Part shown: positions 1 through 14,219 of the stretch, one piece after another | Numbering within the stretch: position 1 is the stretch's first letter | Layout of the letters: each line of letters opens with the position of its first letter | Assembly: GCF_009914755.1 (NCBI RefSeq) | Contig: NC_060930.1 | DNA: 64,000 nt | Source of the DNA: the human T2T-CHM13v2.0 reference genome, Homo sapiens | Reading direction: 5' to 3' (one strand) | Translations under genes and position numbers: made by a program | The notes under the pieces: model-generated | Seen by the model: the letters and a program-made list of their open reading frames with translations, nothing else | Databases searched by the model: none | Told to the model about the DNA's origin: nothing

Positions 1-493
1 AACTAAAAGTAGGCAGGGGAAAAAAAGGCATTATCTAAAATATCTGAGCTTGAATTTGGAAAGCAATCCTGAGTAATATTTATACAATGTTTTAGAATAA
101 CAGACTCATAGAATTTTCCAGTTGACTAACCTTTAAAGATAAGAGAATATTTATATATTTGTTGGTGCTATGGCTTACTGTAAAAAAAAATCCACTTAAT
201 TCAGAAGGTTTATAAAACAATGCTTTACTTATTGCCCACCATAGCAAAGAAAGGTTTCATGCTCTTAACAAATGGGTTGGCATTGAGAGGACTTCAGTGA
301 CAATCTCATAATGGCTGAGCATCTCTTGTCAAGTCAAAGGATATATAGCAAGTTTTCTCTTTATTGAGTCATGATAGATAATCCATTTTCAAGTAGAATT
401 TGGTTGCATATTCTTTATTAAATAACTAAAATATCCAAGCCTAGTGGAAGAGGAATTAACTGGAGTTTTATAAGCTTAAGGTCTAATAGTAGA

Positions 494-1015
494 TGTAGTA
501 GATGATCTACAAAGAAGGCCACCAACTTTGTGTCTCTTATGCTTGTTCGTACATGACACTCCTCCATTCAAGAGATGGAGACTCTCCTCTTTCCCCTTGC
601 ATCTGGGCTGGCCTTGATCAATACAATGCAGCAAAAGTGACTCTGTGCTACTTCTGGACCTAAAGAGGCCAGATGGCTTATCCTTTTTCTCACTTGAATG
701 CCTGACATCTTGTAAGAAGTTTGAACTTCTTAATGAATAATGAGAAACAATTTAGAGAGAGAGGCCAAATGGAGAAATAATGAAGCACTCCACCTGATAA
801 TCAGCACCAAAGTCCTGGACATATTAGTGAGGCAGATTGGCTGTTCCAGCCCAGATGAGTTTCCAAATGTATGCAGCTGCATAAGCAGCCTCAGTCAACA
901 CCATATGGAGCAGAAGAATCACCCATCTCAGCCCAGCTAACCCACAGAGCGGGAATTTTTGTTTGTTTTAAGCGCAAAGTTCATGTGCTTCATTATAGAT
1001 CAAATGAACAGTGAA
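494..1015 (+). mobile_element. Old ERVL-MaLR solo LTR (MLT1G/H-like)
   Basis: MLT1 blocks such as 'gagatggagactc..ttccccttgcatctgggctggcc' and 'ggagcagaagaatcacccatctcagcccagctaacccacagag'; ends approximate. Confidence 0.6.
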
Positions 1016-2640
1016 TATAACCTTACTGACAGTGTCAGAAAATGGAGGGTAGCAATTCTTAAAGTTGAGCTTTGTAAATTGCGTAGTCTTAAATGCAGCA
1101 ATCCTAGCAATATCAAGTATCAATAATTCAGGTTATTTTCCAAAGAAAGAATTATTTGATTGAGTGATGACTACCTTCTTCTTGATATGACTTGAAGTGT
1201 TAGTCACATCTCTTAACTTTTGCTGCAACAATTTCTCAGGCCTGAAATTGCCAGCCAGCAGCTCCTTCAACAGCAGATCTGGTTTTCCTCAGTTAAGTTT
1301 AAAAAATGCATAGACAGCAAACACATACAACTGTTGTACATCCTAACATTGTTGTGCAAATAATTAATCCGAAGAGATGATGTCTTCCAGCAGATTTGTC
1401 GGAGGAGTTTGGCAAAGATTTTAAGTCACCCAGAGAAGTAGGGCTTTCATGGTAAATAACACTAGGCACCCTATCATGCACACAGTACCCAGAATGTTTT
1501 CTATATTAGAGAACAATTCAGGACATAGTATTGAGTCAGGTGAGAGGTAGTGGAAGCCTGAACAGGGGTCATGATAGTGAAGGCAAAAAAGGAAGGATAA
1601 TGACACAGAATGTGACAACCCTTAATATATATAGGGTGGGTGAGAGATTTAAAGGGATGAACAAGAAGGGATTTTAATATCTACATATAAAATGGATGTG
1701 GTATAACATGTTGCTTTCTTTCTTGTGGTGGTACTAGCAGGGCTTTAGCAAACCATCTTTTATGGATATGAAAATTCCTTTGACTTAATACTGCCCTGAA
1801 CTCCTACGGTCTACAACCACAGGTTCTCTCAAATGTAATTTTTAAAGTGTTTGCATTGGACTACTGGGCATATATAGCAATTTTGGTGAGAAGAAATATA
1901 AATTTGGATTTTAAATTGACCCCATGAAACCAAAAACAAAACAAAACAAAAATCCAAGAGGGAGTACAAACAATCAGGATGATGGCTTATACTGCAATTA
2001 CTCAGAGATTGAAAGCATATCTAAGTTTACCACTGACTAGTGCTTTATGATTTCCAGTAACAACTTTTCCTGAAAAGTTCAAATGTGACTAAACATAAAA
2101 TGTTTTAAGGAAAATATTCTTTGAAAAGCAGAAGATCCTCTAGCAATTTTTTCAGGACTTTCATTCCCTGGCAAAATGCTTAAGGAATTTATTTCTTATT
2201 TTTTTCTTGGGCTTTGTCTGGGGTAAGACATTCTGCTCAGCTTAGTCATAGAAAATATTCATGTTCACTGGCGTTTAGGCATATTCTCAGGGAAAACTCA
2301 TGTTTCCTATCTTCTCCTCACTACTGGAGTGTTGAAACATTCTATACCATGTAAAAAATAACCAAACCCCCAAATTCTCCATGGGCTCTATAACCACTCC
2401 AGGTACCTTTCCTCTCTCTTCTCACAGTCAAACTTCTCCACATCTTCATACAATATTTGTTTCCCAATAAACCCGAAGCTGGTTTCCATTCCCACTACTT
2501 TACTAAAGTTGCTTTTACTATAGTTTCTAATGACCCCGTGCTGTCAATTCCAATGGGCAATTTTAGTACTCATCTTTTTTTAACTATTTCTCAGCTTTCA
2601 GCATAGCTGACTTCCTTCTCTAAGAGCTTTAGTTGGCTGT

Positions 2641-2893
2641 TGTTATAGATTGAATGTTGATGTCCCTTCCAGATTCATATGTTAAAGCCTTAACCACCAA
2701 CGTAATGTGTGGAAATGGGGCCTCTGGGGGGTAATTAGGGTTAGATGGAGTCATGAGGGTGGGGCCTTCATCATGGGATTAGTGCCTTTACAAGAAGCAT
2801 CACCAGAGAGCTTGCTCTCCCTCTCTCCACATGCAAAGACGAGGTCATGTGAGTACACAGTGGGATGGCAGTTGCCTACAAGCCAAGAGAAGT
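2641..2893 (+). mobile_element. MaLR LTR 5' part (MLT1A/MSTD-like), 3'-truncated
   Basis: Starts TGTTATAGATTGAATGTT..CCAGATTCATATGTTAAAGCC; contains 'gggttagatggagtcatgagggtggggcc..atgggattagtgcc'. Confidence 0.7.
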
Positions 2894-2929
2894 CTCAAAA
2901 TCAACCCTTTACACTGACCCCATGCAAAT

Positions 2930-3295
2930 CTCTATGGCTTAACACAATAAAATGGACTTATTACTTATGTAGCTCTCTTCTATAAATTGGTTGGTTGTCA
3001 GAACAGTGGCTCAGGATCCAAGGCTTCTTCCACACTGTGGATAGGCCATGTTCAGCATGTGGCCTCTGAGGTTACTGTGGGAGGGATAAAAGAATGAAGG
3101 GATTGCATGTGAGAAATTTTTATGGAACTTGCCTGGAAGTGTTGGGCATAACATTCGTACAAATATACCCCTGTTCAGAACTCAGTCACATGGTCCCACC
3201 TAGCTTCAAAGAAGGCTGGAAAATGTAGTTTAGTTATGCACCTAAGAAAAGGGGAAGAAACATGGATATTGGTGACCATGAGCTTTCTTTTCCAT
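2930..3295 (-). mobile_element. Old MaLR LTR fragment (MLT1K/L-like)
   Basis: 'agaactcagtcacatggtcccacctagcttcaaagaaggctggaaaatgtagtttag' matches antisense MLT1K-class sequence. Confidence 0.5.
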
Positions 3296-3299
3296 GACA

Positions 3300-4462
3300 A
3301 GTCTTTCAGTCCTGTCTTCAAAACAGATCTTTTATTTATTTCTCGTTCTCCATTGACAACAGCTTAATCCAAGCCACTAGACTCTTGCATCTGAGATACT
3401 GCAATAACTTCCTAATGAAGTTCTCTATTTTCATAATTGTTCCATTCTTCCCCCAGTGGACCAAGTAATCTTACACATGAATATAAACTTGTCAACTGCT
3501 TACTATTATTTAAATCTTGCAATGCTTGCCCATTATCTTAGGAAAGAATCAAATGCTAAAGAGGATGTAAGAGGTTATGCATGGTCTGCCCATTAACCAT
3601 CTCAGCTAGATTGCTGCTGTCTCCCTTGGTCACTACTATCCATACACAGGATTATTGGGTCAGATCTTCCCTCCTCTGGAAAGCTTTTTTGTTTTTCATT
3701 TATCTTAGTCTTGGCCTTAGCCTCTTACTTATCTCCTTCAAGCCTCAGTTTAAATCAGTGAGTTTAAATCACTCCCTCCCTCGGGGACGTCATTTTCCCT
3801 AACATTTCCTCACACTCATGCCCCAACAAAAGGCTGGGCTTCCCATTATTTCCCTTTTATAATATCTGTTGCTATTGTGAATTAAATAATCTTTGTCTTT
3901 AATCTGTCTGCCTCACTAGACTGCACTCTCTATTAGGACAGGAAATGCATCTAGCACCAAGGTCACCTGCCTGAAGCATATGATGTCTGACAGCTAACAG
4001 CAGTGGTGTGCTGGAGCCTATGTGTGCTGGCTCATGACAGATGATTGTTAAATTCCCAGGAATATTGTAAGCTGGTTATCAAACAGCCATTATTAAAAAT
4101 TAAACAATAGCAACTGATGATTAAATAAATTATATTTAAAACAGAGGTAGTAAATACCAAAAAGCCATTATTTCCTAATTACTACATTTTATTGTCTATG
4201 GTCTTGTGGTTATTTATGTCTATTATATCTATAGGTGGAAATACTGAATAACAGTGTGCTATGCATATCTCATCCCAATCCCATGTTCAGTGAATTCATT
4301 TTGGTAGCTTGAAATTGGTCACGGTAGATCTATTAACACTTTGAAAATTAGCAAATACTACAAATCAGGGTTCCCTTCCACTTCCAACCAGCCAGGTTTT
4401 AAACCTTTACTAGCACACCACCACCCAATAGGTACCTGACAACTATATGTTGAATGAATAAA
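3300..4462 (+). mobile_element. L2 LINE 3' region, interrupted by MER63
   Basis: 'cactagactgcactctctattaggacagg' and tail 'atgttgaatgaataaa'; the tail resumes after the MER63. Confidence 0.55.
4001..4423 (+). mobile_element. MER63B-like hAT-Blackjack DNA transposon MITE
   Basis: TIRs CAGTGGTGTGCTGG ... CTAGCACACCACCA; internal 'acagccattattaaaaattaa' and 'ggtagcttgaaattgg'. Confidence 0.8.
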
Positions 4463-7209
4463 AGAATGGCAGGTGTAATGCTACTGTGCTTTCCTCCACT
4501 ATGACTGTGGAAATGTGGATCATCACCTGGCTTACTACAACCTTACCGATCATCTAAATAATGCAGATTAACACAACTTTACCAGTCATGCAAATAAATT
4601 AGATCCAAATAAATCAGATGTCTCTAATCCATTCAGACAGTTTCAGCAAAGTTGTCATTTTTGCCTGAATCACACAGGTGATTTCCTTGGTTCTCCATTT
4701 ATTTTGTAAGTAGACTAGCCTCTGTTCTAGCAATTAAAGGTCATTATGGCAGCATTTTCCAAGCATCCTGTTCTGTGACAGATTTTCCCAGTTATTTTTA
4801 CCAGTCTATCAGAGGTCAGTAAAATTGATCAGGAAACATGCATAACACAATTGTTTAGGATCACATGGGATCTATAAAAACTTGTGAGTTAACTGAGCAA
4901 TTTAGAGTAAAGGTACTCTGACACTTCCACCTTAATTCTGAATATTTTTCCATATCTTGGGAGAATCTGGAAGTAGTGAAGTCAGAGCTTTCAGCAGGGC
5001 AGAGTCTTTTAGATCTCTGGTCTCTGATCCAAGAGCATTTTGCATACGCAGTAGCATAGTGCCCCTCCCGTGGCTTTTGACATAATCAGCTTTAAATTGG
5101 CATTATTTACTTGTTGCCTTGTTTTCACCACTAAATACAAATTCCTTCAAGTGAAGAAACCAATTTACACCTGTCTCTCTAGAAAGCCCAGGTTGAGTTT
5201 TGCACATCTCAAGCATTCAACTGAGGTTTACTGAAGTAGGGACATCCATCTCTTTTGTCCCCTGGCTAGCTCTTCAATGTATTCTCACTGAACCTGGAAA
5301 ACTGTAAAAGTTTATACTTTTCTTGGTTATTAGATTGGTAATTCATAAGGAATGTTTAGGAAATATACAAGAGTAAACATTCAGCCACTGAAAATTTTGA
5401 AATCATATTAAAAATGGCTAAAACACATGAAATTTAAAATTTTTTAGATAAATAGTTTTGTCTCAAAATTAATTGTGTAATGGGACTTGATTGTAGCTCC
5501 TGGCTCTTTTTGCTTTGCCATGAAGTCAAAATAATGTTCATTATGTACTATCATATTTTCACCAACTGTGGTTGCTGTTTTAGTGTGGTTCACAGTTGGA
5601 ATATAGAAAACAAAATAAATCACGAACAGTGTAGGAATTCAGAAAACCTGCAATTGGCATTTGTTAAAAAAAAAAAGATGCTTCTTTTTTCAGATTTTTT
5701 TTCACACTTTCAGGATTAACAACAATAAGCAAACTGGCATTTCTACTGTTAAAGTTCATAAAGCTTTGAAAAATTATTTAACCTTCATAAGACCTTCATA
5801 AACTCTCTATAATATGGTCTGTGATTCAGAGTGTGGGCAATGCTCTGTCTGGCCCAAAAGCATTAAACCACGCTAGCATAGAAGGAAGTGAACTTTGATG
5901 GTGCTATTTTGTGTGTTTTTACTGTACCAGTGTCTGCCTGAATGTGGCTGCCTGAGCTAAGCCCGGTCCTGCTGGGCTTAGTCATCAGCTCTGATCATTT
6001 ATCTGACTCCTTGTATCGTGGCCAACAGCAGGTCGTGGGAAGTCATTTCCAGGAGGACTGTGACCACCTATTAGAGTCATGCTGGGGTAAGGCTGACCTG
6101 GCCACTGCAGCATGGGTGTGCTCTACCTGCTCCCTCCTGGGCTTGCTGCCATTGGCCACTCTTGGTTAGGTGCTGGCCACAGTATTTTGGGGGAATGTTA
6201 TACATCCTTTCTGGTCTCTGAGTCTGTCAACAAGCTACGCATATTTAATGTGGCAAAAATACCACATTAAATATAAGTATATGTTGCATTAAATAAAGGA
6301 AAATAGTTTTTACTAAAAGCAAAAAATAACAATAGAAGTTCTGTATTGAAGTTATCTTAGTGAAGAAATCTTAGACTTTTACCCTGTGGAAAAGTAGCTT
6401 GAGATAAATACTCTTGAAAACAAATTTACAAATAAGATGAATTAATTTTTTAATGTAACAGTTATGACCAAATAGAATGTGAATGCCATTTATGGATGTG
6501 TAAAATCTTGATTGCATAAAATAATACATCCTAGAGAATAGACTCTAAAAATGATTATGTAATGAAATGATTTTTTTTTGCTTCCCACTTCATTATTTCT
6601 GGTGGATTTTGTTTTAATTAAGGATTTAAAAATCCATGAAAAATCTTGAATAGCCCATAAGGAGTTTTATAAAGAAATAGTTCAATATCTTATCAAAGTA
6701 GGAAGTGAGACAAGTTGAATCTCTAGCTATGTGGGAACACTATTTGCTTTTCTGTAAGGAGATATGCTGGTAAATAAACACCTATCTCATGATTCATATT
6801 TGGCACAAATGTACTAAATGGTCATGTTTAGTTTAGTTATGGAACAGATATTTGATTATACTCCACTGTTTAGTTGGTAAATCTACTAGCATTCCTACTA
6901 CCATAGTTTCCTATAATGACAATATATAGCACTTCTTTATTTCCTGAAGTTCATCTTTTTGATGCATGTTGGGTGCAGGAGTTTCAGTATTTTCAATCTA
7001 CATTCAGGCTGCCAATGCAGAGGAATTACAATATCCCTAAATAATAGAAATAAGTTATCCTTAAAGGGAATAAACTCCTCCCTTCTCTTCCCCTTTCTTC
7101 TTATTCTCCCTCATGGATGAGAAGGAACAGTGTTGTTTGTTTTACCACTGGGAAGGAGCTGAATAATCATATATTAATCACTCAATATGTATCAGATTAT
7201 AACTATAAT

Positions 7210-7380
7210 TAACATTTCATATAACCAAATAACATTTTATTTAATCCATATAATTCTTCACAATAGACTCTTATTTTCTCTATGTTACAGATGAGGGAAT
7301 TGAAGCTCAGAGATGCTAAATAATTTGCTGAAACTCACACAGCTGGATATGCACAGGTTTTTCTGTCCATACTCTTTCTG
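7210..7380 (-). mobile_element. MIR SINE
   Basis: Core 'ttacagatgagggaattgaagctcagagatgctaaataatttgc'. Confidence 0.7.
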
Positions 7381-8599
7381 CTACGTACACATCATGCTGA
7401 AAGCAAGTAGTTGTTTCCCATTAGAGACAATAAAAAGATATTCATTAACTCCAGTACAATAACTCTGCTGACCTGATAAGGCTACACATAGTAACTATTT
7501 TCTTTTGAAGGAAACCCATCAGCCTTGGAGAAGACAGAAACTGGTGGAAGGCTGTCTCAGTAGTAGTGTTCACTGCCTTTCCATTGGCGTAGGTAAAGGT
7601 ACCATGCTATCTTCCCTTCGAGTGGCATGAAGTGACAAAACATACATGTGTAGGGGACGGAGCTCTGAAGAGATGAGGGCATTTACTACAGAGGACAGCT
7701 CTGTAGCTACACTGCATGGTCTTCACTATTTCTGATGATAGCCAGTGTTACTTGTTCACTCTTATTTTATTATGGGGCCATCAGTTCAGCAGATGAGTAG
7801 TCCTTGCTTCCTACCAATAGACAAACTCCATTCCTTCTTCTACCCTATCACGACAACTGATGCTCACATCCCAGAGCCAGAAAGTATATATATATTGTTA
7901 TCGTTTTGACCCTCAAGGAAAGGGGAAATAAGTGAAGGAAAGAAGAGGTATCCAGCTGAGGAGGCCAGATATGAGTGCTGCATGGATTTCCAAAGACAAC
8001 AGCAATGCTAAGACATTATCAGTCTCACACATTTAGTGCTCAAGAGATAGAGCCATTGACTACAACACAGAATATGGCTAGAAAACACCAAAGGTGGGAC
8101 TAACAACACAGCTATTAGTTGAAGTTTTCTGTTGGCAGCCAAACTTGAGGAGCCTTGTTGATAAACCTAGGATTGCATCACTGATTGGTGGTGTTGCTGC
8201 AGGGATCAGGATTGACCTTTCCCAAATATGAGTTCCTTCTGAGATTTGATGAAAAACACAGTTTCCTAAAAGGAAATGTCCAGAATGGGTCACATATGTA
8301 TAAATAACTCTACAAAGTCCAGTTCCACATAACTCCTTTAAATCATGAGGCTTTTCCCCAGCCACACAGCTACAGCCTCCCTACAAATAGGCCTTCAAAA
8401 CCCTAACATTGCTCACTGTCCTAAATTTCTTGCTGTAGTATGAACAACTGCAATGCATCTCTGGCTTTGAACTTGGCCTTTTTTCCATCATCATGATAGG
8501 AATGCCATCTTCTGGTGGCACTACCATCACTCTCTAGGTTGGACCTGGACGCTCACTGTTGTACCTCCAAAATGTGTCCTAGGAACCCAGCCTAGGCAG

Positions 8600-8720
8600 C
8601 CATATTTCAAGTGTGACTGATTTGTGTCAACTTGAGCAAGTTAATCATCTCCCTGGGTTTCAGTTTCCTCATTTGTCAGTAGAGCTTGAGCTAAATGATA
8701 AAGTCCTTTTCAGGTATAAT
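8600..8720 (+). mobile_element. MIR/MIR3 fragment
   Basis: 'cttgagcaagttaatcatctccctgggtttcagtttcctcatttgt'. Confidence 0.6.
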
Positions 8721-9914
8721 TTGTAGTAACTCTTACATATAAATAAAGTTTATGTTAAAACTTATGGGCTTCCTCAAAGGGAGGGGCTCTGGGAATATAT
8801 ATTTTGACTTAACCTATAAATGCAAATATTTTTCCAGGTTTCCCTCTGTACCCAAAAGAACTTTGAAGTTTACAGTGAGTTAACACCAAGGTAGAGAGGC
8901 AAGCTGTAAATTACTTATTTGGCCCAAATCAACTGTAGGTCAGTTATTTCAAGACTTGCTCAATTTTAGTGTTTGAAAAACATCAACACCTCCATTATGT
9001 CGTTAGTATCAATGGGGGAAGAAAAGCACAGTGGAACCTCTCCTAAAGAGGTCAGGCTTGGGAGGTAGAAAGGTGCTTGGTGAGCTGTCACACAAAGGGT
9101 GTTTTAATAAAGAAGGTAGAACAAGGCCTTTGAAAGGGAAGTGTTGATTGCAAAGCATGTATAGAGGAATTTCAAAAATAAAGCAGGCCCTATGAGGCTA
9201 AATGATCAGCAATGTTATTTGAGAACTAGTAACTTCAAGACTGGCATGAAGAACTTTATTCATGTTAATCTGTTCATCAATTAGCTCTATTTAGAAGTCA
9301 TCTCAAATAATTTTGGATGGACTGTGAGAAATTTACACCAAAAAAGTGCTACTGTGGCTTTGCCAACAAATTGTGTATTTCACCATGTGCTAATGATTTT
9401 TTTTCCAAAAAAGAATACGTTGTGACCTGCATAAACTTTTATGTCAAAATAATGAAACAGAACCTTATTTTCTGGTGCCAACTTTCTATAAAATCACTCT
9501 TTAAAAAATATTAATCTCATTGCAGCATGTAGAATTTTACACACAGCTTCAGAATAGGTCTGGCACTATACATCTTTATAGAGTGAAAAGATTTGGAATA
9601 GATTCAAGATTCAAATGCCAAGGTTTGTATCTGTACCTTTGACTTCTTATTGTTTTAAGAAATGTATATAATATATACTTGCTAACATATTACCTAACAC
9701 TATCACCTCTTAGGTAACATCAGTTGGCTAAAGTTACTCCTTCATGACATTTTCCATAGTGAACGTTTTTATACATTTGTGATGTGGAAGACAGCAAATA
9801 GGTATATACTTTCCTTTGTTCAGCAAAAGTTGTTGTAGCTCTAAAACTAACAAAAATTAATAGCATTGCATTTTTTAAAAATGTAACTGTCAACGTTAAG
9901 ACTGGTTAATTTGT

Positions 9915-10175
9915 TATTAGTATAGTGTCCTGGTTAAGACCTAAGAGCTAGGGCTGCTGTGGTTTAAGACCCAGCTTTGCCTATTACTAGCTGTCTGACT
10001 TTGGGCGCATTATTTAACTTTAACTTTGCTGTGCCTGGATTTTTTCATGTCTACAACAGGGATAACAACACTTACATGATAGGTTCCTTTGAGTTAATAT
10101 TTGTGAAGTGTTTTAGATGGTGTCTGGTGCAAAGCAAATGCTGTAAGTCCTTGTTGTGCTTGTTATCATCCTTAG
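9915..10175 (+). mobile_element. MIR SINE, near full length
   Basis: 'tactagctgtctgactttgggcgcattatttaact..tgtgcct' and tail 'gtgaagtgttttagatggtgtctggtgcaaagcaaatgct'. Confidence 0.75.
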
Positions 10176-10748
10176 CTATATATCGACGGCTATAAAGAGA
10201 AAAAGAAAACCTATATTTTATATAGAGAAAAAAGAACAACTTAGTAGAAAAGAATAATACAGTTAGATCTATTAAATGAATATGTAAATCATTTAATTAT
10301 TTGCAAATAACTGAAAAGATTAATGGTCAGGATTTTTTTGAATGATTATTTCAGGTCATAAATATTCTCTTTCAAGGCAATAGGGAATAGAGTAGGAAAA
10401 GCACATCAATGCAAATGGTGGAGTAAGGACCTTCACAAAGAAATTCTCCATGGTAAAAGCAAGGGAAATACTGACAAAAATTGTCAGAATCAATTTTTTT
10501 CATTACCTTATGCATTAAACACTTGCAACAATCCAAGGAGAGGTTTTTTCTTTTTTTTTTTTAAGTTGAATCTGGGTAAAAACATTACCTTTGTGATATT
10601 TGCACTTATCCTATTCCTATCACTCTTTCTCCAACTCTGTGACATAGATGTGAAAACCAGCAGTCTCTCAACCATAACAGCTTTGAAAAACAGTAGCCTA
10701 GCAGCCACTGGAGGGACAAAGCACTGGTCTGGAGCTCCCCAGAAACAC

Positions 10749-11116
10749 TGATATGGTTTTGCTCTGTGTCCTTACCCAAATGTCATCTTGTAGCTCCCAT
10801 AATTTTCATGTGTTGTTGGAGGTACCCGGTGGTAGATGACTGACTCATGGGGGTGGGTCTTTCCTGTGCTATTCTCATGATAGTGAATGGGTCTCACGAG
10901 ATCTGATGGTTTTAAAAATGAGGGTTTCTCTGCACAACTCTCTTTTTCTGCCTGCCACCATCCATGTAGGATGTGACTTGTTCCTCCTTGCCTTCAACCA
11001 TGATTGTGAGGCCTCCCCAGCCATGTGGAACTGTGAGTCCAGTGAAGCTTCTTTCTTTTGTAAATTGCACAGTCTTGGGTATGTCTTTATCAGCAATGTG
11101 AAAATTAACTAATACA
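10749..11116 (+). mobile_element. THE1A-like solo LTR (ERVL-MaLR)
   Basis: TGATATGG...CTAATACA termini; 5-bp TSD AACAC/AACAA; 'atcttgtagctcccataat' and 'gaatgggtctcacgagatctgatgg'. Confidence 0.9.
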
Positions 11117-13979
11117 AACAACAGTCTCAGAAAATTGTCACTATTTGACTTGTCTGGTTGTTCCTTGGAAACCCCAACTCTAAAAATTTGTCCTTTCTCA
11201 GTGCAAATTATGCATTTCCCTGGAAGCATGTGTCAAAAATAATCAGCAACAATTGTGTTATGTTGCAGCTACCTAAGGCAGTGATATGGGTTGGAGCAAG
11301 CAAGAAGCTGACCAAAATATTTATAAGGAAAAGTTGGGAAATGAGATGTCCACAGAGGGTTTTGATCAGGTCTGACTATTCCTGGGAATCTAGTAAGCCA
11401 CATACATTTTTTTCTGCACATGTCCAGAAAAAAATCTGAGAAAGTCCTAAACTCTCAGCTCTGTCTGACCTGAGGTCTGAGGTATAATATAAGCAAGAAG
11501 TGAAAGGCAAAGCAGAGTTGTGACTGCCTGCCTGAATCTTGAAACACACACTGAACCCTTTGCCAAAGGATAGAAGATTTATTGATTCTAGATCCTTAAA
11601 GATTTAGGGAAATTTTTGTCCACTCACTCATTGACCAATAGCCTGAGTGGGGGCTTCACTGGCCACACACCAAAGGGAGTATAGACTTTACAGAATGACT
11701 TCAGGAAATTGACTAGATAGACAGAAGCAACAACAATAAACAGCAGTAAGAAAAAACTCTCAGGGAAAAGGAGATAAGATTTCTTGTGTTTCAACATTAT
11801 ATTATTTTAAATGTCCAGTTTTCAACCAAAAACTACAAGTGCAAGAAAACAAGCAAGAATGGCAAATACTTGTAAAGAAGCAGTAAATAGAAACTTTCTC
11901 CAAGAAGCTCAGATATTGGACTTAGTAGGCAAAAATTTTAAATCAAGCATCTTAAATATGTTCAAGAATCAAAGGAAACTGTTGAAAGAATAAAAAGAAA
12001 GTAAGCAAATTGATGTCTCACTAAATAGAGAATAATAATAAATAGAAAGAAATGAAAATAAATAAAGTAGAAATGGTGACATTGAAAAGAACAGTAATTC
12101 AAATAAAAAACTTGTCTGAGAAGCATATGTGAACTGCCAAAATAATCAATGAACTTATAGATAGGTCCATTGTGATTATCAAGTCTGAATAACAGAAAGA
12201 ATTAAAAATGAAAATTAAGAGAGTGATGGTGAGGCATTGAACAGCATCTGTGTGACAATGCTGAGCATACTAAACACATCATGGGAATTCCAGAATGTAA
12301 GCAGAGAGATGAAGAGGAGGAAGAATGAGAAAATAATGGTAGAACCCTCCACCCTCAAAATTTGATGACAAATACTAATCTGCACATCCAAGAAGCTCAA
12401 TGAATTCCAAGTAGGATAAATTCAAAAAGATCAATACCTGGCTACATCCTAATTAAACTTTTAAAAGCCAAAGACAGAGTGATTCTTGAAAACAGCAAGA
12501 GAGAAATATATCCTCATGTATAGGGAATCCTCAATAAGATTAATAGGTGATTTCTTACCAGAAATAATGGGGGTCAGAATGGAGTGTGATGACTTATTCA
12601 AACTGTTGAATGAAAAAGACTGTCAACCAAGAATTTTATATCCCTCAAAGATATCTTTCCAAAAAGGAAGGAAAAATTAAGACATTCAAGAGAAACAAAC
12701 AACAAACAAAAGCTAAGAAAAATCACTGCTAACAGGTTTGACTGACAAGTAATACTAAAAGGAGTCCTTCAAGCTGATATAAAAGGACTATGGAGAGTTA
12801 CTTAAATCCACATGAAGAAATAAAGAACAGCAAAAATGGTAACTACATAGACAAATATAAATAACAACATAAATGTATTTTTAAAAATGTGTAAACTTAT
12901 TTTTCTCCTATCTGATTTAAGAGACAACTGCAAAAACCAATAATTATAAATCTGTATAGCTGGATGCCTTACATATAAAGATGTTATTTTTATAAATATA
13001 ATAGCAACAGAAAGTGGAGAAGGCAAAATAGGAGAGATTACATAAAGCCAGTTTTGAATATTATTGAAATTACATTGTTATTAATTTGAACTAGATTTTT
13101 GGGTGATATTAATCACTAGGGCAACTACCAAGAAAATAAAAATATAGCAAAAGAATGACAAGAAAATAAAAATGATAAATTAGAAAATATCTATTTAAGA
13201 CAAAGAAACCATTAATGGAGACAGAGGAACAAAACAGACACAAAACATATGTAGAAGACAAATTGCATATGGCAGATGTAAAGTCTACCTTATCATTCAT
13301 TATATTGAATGTAAATTAATGCTTTAATAATAAAGCAGAGATTGGTGGAATAAATAAAAATTATGACCTAACTCTGTGCTATCTATAAAAGATATGCCTT
13401 AGATTCAAAGACGCAAATAGGTTGAAAGCAAAAGCATAGAAACAGATATACCATGCAAACAGTAACCAATAGAAACAAAACAGACTTTGAAACAAAAATT
13501 GTTACTAAAGTCATAAAGGACATTTTATAATGATACAAGAGATGATCCATCAAGAAGATATAATAATTACAAACAAATATGTGTCTAACAGCAGAGCCCC
13601 CAATTTTTAAAGCAAAAACAGAATTTAAGAGAGAAATAGACAACTCACAATAACAGTTGGAGACTTCAATGCCCCACTTTCAATAATAGATAAAACAATT
13701 TAACAGATCAGCAAGAAAATACAAGCCTTGAACAACACTATAAATGAAGGAGACATAACAGTCATCTAATAAATACTAAATAGCAGAATACAAATTTTTT
13801 CTCAAGTGCACATGGAACATTCTTAAGGTTATATCATATGTTAGGTCATAAAACAAGTCTTATTAATCTAAAAGGATTGAAATTATAAAAGTATGTTCTC
13901 TGACCACATGGAATGAAATTAGAAATCAATAATAGAAGAAAATTTGGAAATTCAAAAATATGTGTAAACAACACACTTT

Positions 13980-14219
13980 CTTAAGCAATACAAATTTATT
14001 ATCTAACAGTTCTGAAGGTCAGAAGTTTGAAATTAGTGTCACTGGGCTAAAATCAAGGTGTCACCAAGGGTGCTTTCTTTCTGAAAGCTCTAAAAGGAAA
14101 TCCATTTTCTTACCTTTTAGAGCTTCTGTACACTATTCACATTTCTTGGCTGGTCCCTTCTGTCTCAAAGTGAACAGTGACTGGTCAAGTTTTACTCACA
14201 CTGTGTCATCCTGCCTCTG
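13980..14219 (-). mobile_element. Internal fragment of MLT1C/D LTR lacking both termini
   Basis: 'aaatttattatctaacagttctgaaggtcagaagt..gggctaaaatcaaggtgtca'; flanked by AAACAACACACTTT (13966-13979) and AAACAACATACTTT (14220-14233). Confidence 0.75.

Noticed and set aside
11012-11024. PRDM9 hotspot 13-mer in THE1 LTRs
   Set aside because: Reads CCTCCCCAGCCAT, not CCTCCCTNNCCAC; the LTRs at ~42245 and ~45803 are further diverged
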